Position numbers and translations under genes: made by a program. Below, piece by piece: positions 10,039 through 19,116 of a stretch of DNA of 64,000 nt. The stretch comes from Thermodesulfobacteriota bacterium (lineage in GTDB: Bacteria > Desulfobacterota > Desulfovibrionia > Desulfovibrionales > Desulfohalobiaceae): the NCBI GenBank assembly GCA_051747685.1, contig JBNJGM010000001.1, positions 11,888 to 75,887 of the forward strand. The letters run 5' to 3'. A model generated the notes under the pieces. That model was given only the letters and a program-made list of their open reading frames with translations. It was not told the origin of the DNA and ran no database searches. Position 1 is the stretch's first letter; every line of letters starts with the position of its first letter.

Positions 10039-11094
10039 ATGTCGCTAGGCACCGCTGAAACCATTCAGGCCCAGAAAAGGCATTGGGGCCGTAAGCTGGT
10101 CATTCTTGGGCACCATTACCAGCATGATGAAATCATAGAGCATACGGACATCGCTGGTGATTCCCTTGAGCTGGCCCGAAAGATCCCGGAACAAAAGGCC
10201 GAGCACATCGTCTTTTGCGGGGTGGATTTTATGGCCGAAACAGCCACCATTTTAGCCCATTCCAACCAACGCGTTTATATGCCGGACACCTCTGCCTCCT
10301 GCGTCATGGCAGATATGGCCCCGGCGCCGCTCGTAGGCCACATTCTCGAGCAGTTGCATCGGGAAGGCAAACGCGTCATCCCCTTGGCCTATGTCAATTC
10401 TTCCGCTGCCATCAAAGCGCTGTGCGGGGAATTCGGTGGTTCCGTCTGCACCTCGGCCAATGCCGCGACAATGCTCCGCTGGGCTTTACAGCAAGGGGAT
10501 CAAGTGCTTTTTCTGCCGGACCAGCACCTTGGCGTGAACACCGCCCGGCAAATCGGACTCGAAGAACACCAATGGCATACGCTCAATATCCGGGGTCGCG
10601 GCGCCCACCTCAACACCCGGGCCATCAACGCGGCACAACTGCTGCTCTGGCCTGGGCTATGCGCCGTACACGCCAAATTCCATCTCCAAAACGTGGCCAC
10701 TATTCGGCGCCACGACCCTCAGGCTACCATTCTCGTGCACCCCGAATGCCACCCCGATGTAGTGCAGGCCGCTGATGGGGCCGGCTCCACCTCCTTTCTC
10801 ATCGGCTATGCAGCCCGGGCTAAACCCGGAAGTCGGCTGTATATTGGCACAGAATGCAACCTTGTCTATCGCTTGCAGCGTCAATACCAAGACACCCTAT
10901 CCATCGCCCCCCTGAGAGTGAGCGCCTGTTCCAATATGGGCAAAACCACCGCTACAAAACTCGCAAATTTGTTAGGGCGCCTGCCCCACGCCCCTGTCAT
11001 GTCAGTGGATCCCAAGATCCAGTCTCCAGCGCTTCTGGCCTTGCAACGCATGCTGGAGGCCTGCAACCCAGCAGCACACAAAGAAAAGGCGTAG
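10039..11094 (+). CDS. nadA: quinolinate synthase
   Basis: LGHHYQ, FCGVDFMAE, YVNSSA, CTSANA, HPEC and GST motifs. Confidence 0.96.
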   Translation: MSLGTAETIQAQKRHWGRKLVILGHHYQHDEIIEHTDIAGDSLELARKIPEQKAEHIVFCGVDFMAETATILAHSNQRVYMPDTSASCVMADMAPAPLVGHILEQLHREGKRVIPLAYVNSSAAIKALCGEFGGSVCTSANAATMLRWALQQGDQVLFLPDQHLGVNTARQIGLEEHQWHTLNIRGRGAHLNTRAINAAQLLLWPGLCAVHAKFHLQNVATIRRHDPQATILVHPECHPDVVQAADGAGSTSFLIGYAARAKPGSRLYIGTECNLVYRLQRQYQDTLSIAPLRVSACSNMGKTTATKLANLLGRLPHAPVMSVDPKIQSPALLALQRMLEACNPAAHKEKA

Positions 11095-11097
11095 ATC

Positions 11098-12681
11098 ATG
11101 GACAACCACCGGGTGCGAGTCACCACCCTAGTCATCGGTTCAGGCATCGCTGGATGTACTGCTGCCCTCCAATTGGCCCACCAGGGGCAGGAAGTCACCC
11201 TACTCACCGCTGGAAAGCGCCTTGACGATGGCAATACCGCTTTGGCCCAGGGCGGTATTGTGTACCGCGCAACAGACGATGACCCAGCGTACCTTGAAAG
11301 CGATATTCTAAAAGCGGGATGGAATCACAATTACAAGCGGGCCGTGCGCTACCTCAGTCGCCGGGGTCCCAAAGTCGTTCAAGATTTTCTCTTACAGCGC
11401 ATCAAAATCCCATTCGAAGAACAAGCGGATGGTTCCTGTCGTCTGGTCCGCGAAGGCGGACACAGTAAAGCCCGCATCTTGTATTGTGCCGATTTTACCG
11501 GGCGAGCGATTATGGATGGGTTACAAAACGCGGTGGCCAAGGAACCACGGATTCAGGTAATGACCAAACGCACCGCCATCGACCTTCTCACCTCGTACCA
11601 CCACAGCAATAGCTTGGAATTTAAGTATCATTTGGACAACCAAGTTCTTGGGGCCTATGTCTATAACGGCCATAGCGGGGTCGTAGAAACCATCCTTGCC
11701 GACCACACCATTCTCGCCACCGGCGGACTCGGGCAAATCTTTTTACACACCACCAACACGGCCTCTTCCATCGGCTCCGGGCTGGCGATGTCCTTTCGGG
11801 CCGGGGCCATAACCATGAACACGGAATTCGTACAGTTCCACCCCACCGCCTTATACCAACGCGGCGACTGGCGCTTTCTGATCTCCGAAGCTGTCCGCGG
11901 TGAAGGAGCCCGTTTGGTAAACGAGGCCGGAGAACCCTTTATGACCTGGTATGACGAACGCGGCGACTTGGCCCCGCGGGATATCGTCACTCGGGCTATT
12001 GTCGAGGAAATGCTCAACCGGGGTGAGGAATGCGTTTTTTTAGATGCCGCAAACCATGTTGATCTCGATTTGAAAAAACGCTTCCCGACAATTTATCGTA
12101 AATGCCAATCCATAGGCATCGACATCACCCGCGACCCCATCCCGGTAGTGCCTGCAGCGCATTATTCCTGCGGCGGGGTTTTGGTCAATATCCACGGCCA
12201 AACGACACTGCCCCGCCTGTACGCCGCGGGCGAATGCACTTGCACCGGCGTACACGGCGCCAACCGCTTGGCCAGTACCTCCCTGTTGGAGGCTTTACTA
12301 TGGGGTTGGAGCGCCGCCCGGGATATCGGATATAAGGCCCCCTATCATAATAGGGTCAGTCAGCGCTTGATCGATTCCATTCCGGACTGGGTCTGCCCGG
12401 GACAAATCCACAACGAAGACCCGGCCCTTATCGCCCAAGATTGGGCAACAATCCGGAATACGATGTGGAACTACGTGGGCATTACCAGGACGACCCCGCG
12501 CTTGAAGCGGGCCTTTGAAGACCTGCGGACCCTGAATAAGCGCATCCACGATTTTTACTACGAAACCCCCCTGAGCAAACCCCTCATCGACCTCTTCCAC
12601 GGGTGTCAAGCGGCATATGTGACCACCAACGCCGCTCTACGCAACACTACATCCATCGGGTGCCATTATCGCCAAGACTAA
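11098..12681 (+). CDS. nadB: L-aspartate oxidase
   Basis: GSGIAG, AQGGI, REGGHS, QFHPT, LAPRD, AHYSCGG and HGANRLASTSL motifs. Confidence 0.96.
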   Translation: MDNHRVRVTTLVIGSGIAGCTAALQLAHQGQEVTLLTAGKRLDDGNTALAQGGIVYRATDDDPAYLESDILKAGWNHNYKRAVRYLSRRGPKVVQDFLLQRIKIPFEEQADGSCRLVREGGHSKARILYCADFTGRAIMDGLQNAVAKEPRIQVMTKRTAIDLLTSYHHSNSLEFKYHLDNQVLGAYVYNGHSGVVETILADHTILATGGLGQIFLHTTNTASSIGSGLAMSFRAGAITMNTEFVQFHPTALYQRGDWRFLISEAVRGEGARLVNEAGEPFMTWYDERGDLAPRDIVTRAIVEEMLNRGEECVFLDAANHVDLDLKKRFPTIYRKCQSIGIDITRDPIPVVPAAHYSCGGVLVNIHGQTTLPRLYAAGECTCTGVHGANRLASTSLLEALLWGWSAARDIGYKAPYHNRVSQRLIDSIPDWVCPGQIHNEDPALIAQDWATIRNTMWNYVGITRTTPRLKRAFEDLRTLNKRIHDFYYETPLSKPLIDLFHGCQAAYVTTNAALRNTTSIGCHYRQD

Positions 12682-12735
12682 CGCTTAGGATCACTGGCGC
12701 GAAGAATGAACGTCCAGTGCATCCGTTTGTTGGGA
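12676..12735 (-). repeat. attC-like recombination site (60 bp)
   Basis: Minus strand: TCCCAAC-AAAC-GGATGCACTGG-loop-CCAGTGATCC-TAAGC-GTTAGTC. Outer AAC/GTT cores plus an inner palindrome with one unpaired base. Confidence 0.75.
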
Positions 12736-12990
12736 GTTTTTTTCGGGATCGAAATCGCTATCGAGATCGGAATCGACGCTGCAGGCTGCTTGATCCTCTC
12801 GAACTTGGTGTAGCCCGCCGAGACGGCTGAGCATCGCGGCCATCCGGTCGAGTTCATCCTTTCGCTTCCAGTTTTCCATCTTGTCCAACGCCTTGCCGAC
12901 AAACAGCACATCTTGACCACTTTCTCGCGACCAAGCGCCATATCTCTTCGCTCCCGATAGCGATCCCGATTTCGATTTGGATTATCCTAA
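12682..12990 (-). mobile_element. solitary integron-type gene cassette (~309 bp) at a secondary site
   Basis: Minus strand begins G|TTAGGA (12991-12985), carries a gene remnant, and ends in an attC-like site closing at G|TTAGTC. No integrase in the window. Confidence 0.7.
12691..12941 (-). pseudogene. internally deleted, frameshifted four-helix-bundle (23S-IVS-like) protein gene
   Basis: N-terminal MALGREK is joined out of frame to QDVLFVGKALDKMENWKRKDELDRMAAMLSRLGG and an acidic D-x tail. The central region expected for the family is absent. Family recognised from memory. Confidence 0.6.
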
Positions 12991-13079
12991 CAACAAAGTA
13001 CAAGAGGAAACAGGGGGGAGCGGCCAGGACAATTTCCGTATCAGCAATCGCCGCTTGGGGTGCGTCTGCATTTGCCATT

Positions 13080-13108
13080 AAAAAAGGGCCGGCAAGAAAG
13101 CCGGCCCT
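13080..13108 (-). terminator. Rho-independent terminator
   Basis: 9-bp stem AGGGCCGGC-AAGAAA-GCCGGCCCT followed by a T-run on the minus strand. Confidence 0.75.
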
Positions 13109-13855
13109 ATATAAGGTAGGAGAGGATACGTCATTCACAGACGGAGTGTTTCGATGCTTTAGGTTTTGTATGTGTTCTACAAATATATCGAGCACATACT
13201 CCCCTTTGGGGAGGGTTTCCTCAGGCGAGGAAACAGTACAGCTTCAGCAAGCTGTTAAGCAGGGGCGACTCTTTTCGCCGTTATGGTTAGGCCAATTTGG
13301 TTCCAGAGCTACCCTCCTTGGGTTGATGGATTCTCAGGCCAAACCAATCCTCGAGGACTTGATTCTTCTGTACCCCATCCAATCACCACAGGTCAAGGAA
13401 GAAAATGGGGTTTTTCTCTTTCGGTGCAAAAAAACACCCCCCGCCCACGGAAGCCATCCTCTCTGAAAATCCCACATTTCAAGACGTCTGCCGGGCGAAA
13501 CAACGCTCTGGCGCGGCAAACAAAAAAATCACAGCGTTAAGTTTCTACAAAAACGAAAACCCACCCCACTCGCTAAAGGAAGATGACAAACCCAACGCTT
13601 TTCGGTACCATATTCTTACTTATATTTAGGAAATCGCCTTTTTCATGACGGACAATCCCCGCTATAGCTCGGTTTCCGTCCCTCGGCCAGGCTTTGTCCT
13701 GGCTTTGCCATTTTCAACGCCCATACCACAACGCTCTTGCACTTTCCCCTTTTCGTTTCCAGTACCTGCGGATGTGCACCGATTTCGGGAGGGAATCTTT
13801 TCAGGTCCGGACTCGTTAGAGCGTCTCTGTCAGATGCCAAAAACAGGAGACAGCC

Positions 13856-14986
13856 ATGTGCCGATTGTTTTCCTTGACCAGCCGCGAGCCCGTTTCGCCC
13901 ATGCGGGCGATCGAGGCCCTTGACGTCATGCGCGAAGGGCATGACGGTTCCGGCGTCGGTTTGTATTTACACGGCCTTTCCGGCCCCTTAGCCGAATACG
14001 CCCCCTATCCGATTCTTTCCGGAATTTTCACTGCCAACGGAATTGAGCGTATGGAAAACTTTATGCGCTCAAAGGGATATACCCCCTCCTTGTCGCTCCC
14101 CGTGATCCCCACCGGCACACCTCCCCAAGGAACGCCCTTGCGGCACACCTACCTCATCCAAGCCTTTATCCCCCCCGATGGATGGAGAAATTGGGATCAA
14201 TTGGAACAGGAACAGCACATGGTCCAGACTCGACTCGAATTGCGCCGTATGGGGATAGAGCATGAGGATATCACTGTATTCAGCTTCTGGCCGGACACAG
14301 CCGTAATCAAAGAAATCGGCGACCCCTTGCATGTCGGGCAGTACCTCCAACTCGACCGCGAAGACTTCCACGCCAAGATCGTTCTCGCACAAGGCCGTCA
14401 GAATACAAATTACGCTATCAATCTCTACGCCTGTCACCCCTTTTTCCTCCAAGGGGTGTGTACCATGACCAACGGGGAAAACACCGCGTTTATCCCCATC
14501 CGGGAATACCTCTCCTCTCAAGGAGTACTCGGGTACGAGGGCTACCAATCCGACTCTGAAGTCTTCGCCCACATTTTGCATTATACGACCAAGCACCTTG
14601 GCCTCGGCCTTGACGCCTACAAACACATTATTACTCCGCTAAAGGACCAAGAACTCAACGAGCACCCCGATGCCCCGTTTTTACGCCGTTTAAAGCAAAC
14701 CTGCCGCCGACTGATCATTGATGGGCCCAATTGCGTCATCGGCTGCCTGCCCGATCAGACCATGTTCATGGCCCAGGATTCGAAAAAATTGCGCCCGGGT
14801 GTGGTGGGCGGCAAGCCAGGTCTGTACGCGTTTTCCTCAGAAGTATGCGGGCTGGACGCAGCGATCCCAGACCGGGACGCGAGCAACGATTTTCAACCCA
14901 TGCACCTCGATACCGCCTACGTCGGTCCCGAGCGCAAGGAGGTCAGCATATGCCGGCAAACACAGCCATTAGCCCTTCAACATTAA
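13856..14986 (+). CDS. class II glutamine amidotransferase (glutamate synthase domain 1, GltB1-like)
   Basis: N-terminal Cys (MCRLF), HDGSG, GRQNTN, CHPF, NGE, SDSE, DGP and LRP motifs; AGGAG RBS. Confidence 0.88.
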   Translation: MCRLFSLTSREPVSPMRAIEALDVMREGHDGSGVGLYLHGLSGPLAEYAPYPILSGIFTANGIERMENFMRSKGYTPSLSLPVIPTGTPPQGTPLRHTYLIQAFIPPDGWRNWDQLEQEQHMVQTRLELRRMGIEHEDITVFSFWPDTAVIKEIGDPLHVGQYLQLDREDFHAKIVLAQGRQNTNYAINLYACHPFFLQGVCTMTNGENTAFIPIREYLSSQGVLGYEGYQSDSEVFAHILHYTTKHLGLGLDAYKHIITPLKDQELNEHPDAPFLRRLKQTCRRLIIDGPNCVIGCLPDQTMFMAQDSKKLRPGVVGGKPGLYAFSSEVCGLDAAIPDRDASNDFQPMHLDTAYVGPERKEVSICRQTQPLALQH

Positions 14987-16584
14987 GCCTCAAAGATCTG
15001 CCCTGGCAGATCGATTGGAATAGGGATGCCTGCACCTTGTGCGGCAGATGTACTGCGGTATGCCCGGTGCAAGCCATTGACCTCGGAGTTTTCCGCAAAC
15101 GGGAAATTGCAACCCCCATAGGCCTATGCGGGCGGCCGGAAAATTCCTTTTCCATCTTCTACGGCATCCAACAACATACAGACCCGGCCAAAGCCTGTAT
15201 CGGATGCGCCATGTGCTCCATGGTCTGCCCCAATGACGCCATTAAGCCTTTTCGCAACGACGAAGCCGATAAATTGCGCTGGCACAACAACCGGGGCGGA
15301 CGGCCGCGCACCCGCGGTGGGCGCCGGAACAATGGGGACAGCCTCTTAGACCAGATCAAGTTCATGCGCATTTCCATGCTCACCGACCCGGCGCTGGACG
15401 CCGGACGGCATGAGTTCGAACTGCGCACCCTCATTGGCCGCGTTTTGCCACCCAAACAAGCCCTGGACGCGTACCAGGAGAACGGGTGGACACCCCCGGT
15501 GCGTGAGATCTACCCCTTACTCATCGGCGGCATGTCCTTCGGCGCCTTATCCCCCAATATGTGGGAAGGATTGCAAATGGGCGTGGCCTATCTCAACGAA
15601 GAACTCGGCATGCCGGTTCGGATGTGCACCGGCGAAGGCGGTTGCCCCCCGCGATTATTGCGGTCTCGTTTTTTAAAGTACGTCATCCTCCAGATCGCCA
15701 GTGGGTACTTCGGCTGGGACGAGATCATCCACGCCATCCCGGATATGAAAGAAGATCCGTGCGCGGTGGAAATCAAATACGGCCAGGGGGCCAAACCCGG
15801 GGACGGGGGCCTTTTGATGTGGCATAAAGTCAACGAGCTTATCGCCGCCATCCGCGGAGTGCCGCCACGGGTCAGCCTGCCCAGCCCCCCTACGCACCAA
15901 ACCAAATACTCCATTGAAGAAGCCGTGGCCAAAATGATCCAGTCAATGTCCATGGCCTGGGGGTTTCGAGTGCCCGTCTATCCTAAAATTTCCGGATCCT
16001 CTACGGCCCTGGCCGTATTAAACAACCTGACCCGCAACCCTTATGCGGCGGGACTAGCCATCGACGGTGAAGACGGCGGCACCGGCGCGGCCTACAATAT
16101 CTCCATGGACCACATGGGCCACCCAATAAGCTCCAATATCCGGGATTGTTATCTCAACCTCGCCAAACTTGGCCAACAAAACGAAATCCCCCTCATTGCC
16201 GGAGGCGGGGCCGGAAAAAACGGCAATTTAGCCGCCAACGCCGCTGCGCTTATCATGCTCGGGGCCAGCGCCGTACAGATTGGCAAATACGTCATGCAAG
16301 CCGCCGCCGGGTGCATCGGCTCGGAAAGCGACCGCTGCAATGTCTGTAATATCGGCATATGTCCCAAAGGCATCACTTCGCAAGATCCCCGACTGTATCG
16401 CCGTCTGGATCCCGAAAAAGTCGCCGAACGGGTAGTGGATTTGTATGTGAGCTTTGACACGGAGATGCGCAAAATCCTCGCTCCCCTAGGGCGCTCCACG
16501 TCATTACCCATCGGCATGTCCGACGCCCTGGGCATTAATGATTACCACGCAGCCGAACGCTTGCAGATCAAATACATGGTATAA
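14950..16584 (+). CDS. glutamate synthase FMN-binding subunit (GltB2-like) with N-terminal 2x[4Fe-4S]
   Basis: CTLCGRCTAVCP, CIGCAMCSMVCP, MSFGALS, TGEGG, QIASG, KYGQGAKPGDGG, GGTGAA and a C-terminal Cys cluster; AAGGAGG RBS before ATG 14950. Confidence 0.92.
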   Translation: MPANTAISPSTLSLKDLPWQIDWNRDACTLCGRCTAVCPVQAIDLGVFRKREIATPIGLCGRPENSFSIFYGIQQHTDPAKACIGCAMCSMVCPNDAIKPFRNDEADKLRWHNNRGGRPRTRGGRRNNGDSLLDQIKFMRISMLTDPALDAGRHEFELRTLIGRVLPPKQALDAYQENGWTPPVREIYPLLIGGMSFGALSPNMWEGLQMGVAYLNEELGMPVRMCTGEGGCPPRLLRSRFLKYVILQIASGYFGWDEIIHAIPDMKEDPCAVEIKYGQGAKPGDGGLLMWHKVNELIAAIRGVPPRVSLPSPPTHQTKYSIEEAVAKMIQSMSMAWGFRVPVYPKISGSSTALAVLNNLTRNPYAAGLAIDGEDGGTGAAYNISMDHMGHPISSNIRDCYLNLAKLGQQNEIPLIAGGGAGKNGNLAANAAALIMLGASAVQIGKYVMQAAAGCIGSESDRCNVCNIGICPKGITSQDPRLYRRLDPEKVAERVVDLYVSFDTEMRKILAPLGRSTSLPIGMSDALGINDYHAAERLQIKYMV

Positions 16585-16657
16585 AGGTACCCCTGTATTC
16601 GGCCGCCACGTTGTCCAAAATAACGCGGCCCGACTTAACCGTCCGGAGAAACAGACC

Positions 16658-19039
16658 ATGCACGAGGCCCAAATTACAGGCGAAGAACACGGAATCCGTC
16701 TGGAATCACGCATTATTGAAGAACGTATCCAAGAGGCTGTGCGAAACGGCTCTCGCCAGCTTACGATAAACGCCAAAGGCCAACACGGACTCGGAGGCCG
16801 TCTCTGGGTCAGTCAAACCGAGCCTATTGCAATCACCATCACTGGTTCCCCAGGGCAAAGGCTGGGATCAATGGGGGCCGCCGGGACAACCATCACCGCC
16901 CACGGTCCGGCCTCGGACGACGTCGGGTGGCTTAACGCCGGAGCGCAAATCACAGTTCTCGGCCATGCCGGCAACGGAGTCTGCAACGCTATGGCCCAAG
17001 GACGCGTCCACATTGGTGGTTCGATTGGATCCCGGGGGATGACCATGACCAAACAAAACCCCCGCTTCAGCCCCCCGGAACTCTGGGTCCTCGGTGGTGT
17101 GGGCGATTATTTTGCCGAATTCATGGCTGGGGGAGTGGCTGTGGTCTGTGGTGTGGAGCCTTTTGATCCAGAAAACATCCTTGGCTATCGCCCGTGCGTG
17201 GGCATGGTCGGTGGCAAGATTTTCTTCCGGGGCCCCCATCAAGGATTCAGTACTGCAGACGCCAAATTAGCCCCCATCGAGGACACTGATTGGCAATGGC
17301 TGACCGAAAATCTCCGAACTTACCTCGCGGATATCAACCACCCCGAACTTTTTGAAACCTTGACCCAGCGCGACGAGTGGCAACTCCTTGCCGCTCGCTC
17401 TCCTTTTGAAAAAATCGGGCGCAAACGGCGCTCTATGACAGCCTTTCGTAACGAAATCTGGGACCAAGAGCTCGGACGGGGCGGACTCATCGGCGATCTG
17501 AGTCAAACCGACCGATCCCCGATCCCGCTTATCGCCACTGGCGAACTCCGCCGCTTTGTCCCTGTCTGGGAAAACCGCAAATACCTTCCCCCTTGTCAGG
17601 CTTCCTGCCCCACGGGGATTCCGGTGCAAAAACGCTGGGAATTGATCCGGGCTGGAAAAATATCCGAAGCCATTGACCTTGCCATGGCGTATACCCCGTT
17701 TCCAGCCACAGTCTGCGGGCATCTCTGCCCCCACCTGTGCATGGAAGCCTGCACCAAACTCCAAGGCAATCTTCCGGCCGTGGACATCACCGAGTTGGGC
17801 AAAGCCGGTCTCCAGGCGAGCCTGCCCCAATGGCCGGCATCCAGTGGCCACCGCGTTGCCATCATCGGCGGCGGACCGGCCGGGATCTCCTTGGGCTGGC
17901 AATTGTTGCAGGCCGGGCATGAACCCATTATTTTCGATCGCCAAAAACGTTTGGGCGGCAAAATCACCTCCGCTATTCCAAATACCCGAATTCCAGCCGA
18001 AATCCTGGAAGCCGAACTTGAACGAGCGGCTACGGTTTTGCCGCATGTCCATCTTGAGCAGGACATGACCCAGGAGACGTTCGAGGCCATTAAACGGGAG
18101 CACGATCTTGTAGCCGTAGCCATCGGCGCCCAACGACCGCGCACCCTGCCCATACCCGGCAACGAGCACCTCGTTCCCGCCTTGGATTTTTTACAAGCAG
18201 CCAAAAAAAACACCGCCGAAGTTGGCGCTCAAGTAGTGATTATCGGGGCGGGCAATGTCGGGTGCGACGTTGCCACTGAAGCCTCTCGCCTCGGCGCCGA
18301 AGACATCCTGCTCATCGACATCCAGGAACCGGCTTCCTTTGGCGAAGAACGTCGGGCGGCTGAACGCGTCGGGGCCCGGTTTCGCTATCCCTGTTACACA
18401 CACTCGATCACCCCTGAAGGGGTTAAACTCCACAACGGCGAAACCATTCCCGCAGACACGGTTATCGTCTCTATCGGCGACCAACCGGAACTGGATTTTT
18501 TGCCCGAAAACATCGCTACGGAGCGCGGCTATATCAAGGTCAATTCCGCCCACCAGACCTCTGACGCCCAAGTCTTTGCCCTAGGCGATATTGTCAAACC
18601 AGGCCTTTTGACCGACGCTATCGGGGCTGGCCGCCAGACAGCGCTGGCCATGGACGCCATTTTCCGCGGTCGTCGTCCGTTAGGCGATACGTCGGAAATG
18701 CCCTATGCCGACGATCTCTCCTTGGATTATTTAGACCCAGAACAGCCCGGTTCCGAAGTCATCGACTATTCCCGGATGACTTTGGCCTATTTCGATCCCC
18801 GGACCACTGATTTCGAATCCCTGGATCAATGCGCTGCTGAATGTGCTTCCTGCGGAGCTTGCCGTGATTGCGGGCTGTGCATTGAAATCTGTCCCCAAAT
18901 TGCCATTTTCCGGCGCCAACTCGATGGCGAGGATTTTGAAATGGTAGCGGATCCTGAAAAATGCATCGGCTGCGGCTTTTGTGCCCAGGCCTGTCCCTGC
19001 GGGATATGGGCCTTGCACCCAAACGACCCCTTGATTTGA
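16658..19039 (+). CDS. GXGXG (GltB3) domain fused to GltD-like FAD/NAD(P) oxidoreductase and C-terminal ferredoxin
   Basis: GQHGLGG, GQRLG, VGDYFAEFMAGG; CQASCP and VCGHLCPHLCMEAC; GGGPAG and GAGNVG; CRDCGLCIEICP and CIGCGFCAQACP. Confidence 0.88.
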   Translation: MHEAQITGEEHGIRLESRIIEERIQEAVRNGSRQLTINAKGQHGLGGRLWVSQTEPIAITITGSPGQRLGSMGAAGTTITAHGPASDDVGWLNAGAQITVLGHAGNGVCNAMAQGRVHIGGSIGSRGMTMTKQNPRFSPPELWVLGGVGDYFAEFMAGGVAVVCGVEPFDPENILGYRPCVGMVGGKIFFRGPHQGFSTADAKLAPIEDTDWQWLTENLRTYLADINHPELFETLTQRDEWQLLAARSPFEKIGRKRRSMTAFRNEIWDQELGRGGLIGDLSQTDRSPIPLIATGELRRFVPVWENRKYLPPCQASCPTGIPVQKRWELIRAGKISEAIDLAMAYTPFPATVCGHLCPHLCMEACTKLQGNLPAVDITELGKAGLQASLPQWPASSGHRVAIIGGGPAGISLGWQLLQAGHEPIIFDRQKRLGGKITSAIPNTRIPAEILEAELERAATVLPHVHLEQDMTQETFEAIKREHDLVAVAIGAQRPRTLPIPGNEHLVPALDFLQAAKKNTAEVGAQVVIIGAGNVGCDVATEASRLGAEDILLIDIQEPASFGEERRAAERVGARFRYPCYTHSITPEGVKLHNGETIPADTVIVSIGDQPELDFLPENIATERGYIKVNSAHQTSDAQVFALGDIVKPGLLTDAIGAGRQTALAMDAIFRGRRPLGDTSEMPYADDLSLDYLDPEQPGSEVIDYSRMTLAYFDPRTTDFESLDQCAAECASCGACRDCGLCIEICPQIAIFRRQLDGEDFEMVADPEKCIGCGFCAQACPCGIWALHPNDPLI

Positions 19040-19058
19040 CCACTCTCTGCAATGTACT

Positions 19059-19091
19059 GCGCCCCCGTCGGAAACTCTCCGGCGGGGGCGC
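19059..19091. terminator. GC-rich hairpin between convergent glutamate synthase and panF genes
   Basis: GCGCCCCCGTCGGA / TCCGGCGGGGGCGC, a 14-bp stem with one G-U pair. Confidence 0.65.
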
Positions 19092-19116
19092 TTCGTAAAG
19101 AGCCAGGGTCGCAGGC

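Noticed and set aside
12746-12778. Hexamer array as a CRISPR or VNTR
   Set aside because: It has 6-bp degenerate units with no spacers; it is part of the cassette remnant.
12854-13195. 113-aa minus-strand ORF
   Set aside because: It runs through a terminator and across the cassette boundary, with no protein-like motifs.
13775-13822. CACCGA...AATCTTTTCAGGT..GGACTC resembles the 3' half of a glycine riboswitch upstream of the amidotransferase gene
   Set aside because: It lacks the 5' GGAGA and CCGAAG-GAG core and the P1 pairing, so it is treated as chance.
17267-18169. 300-aa minus-strand ORF; also 61920-62813, 23130-23885 and 36708-37457
   Set aside because: These are antisense shadows of well-supported genes in GC-rich DNA.
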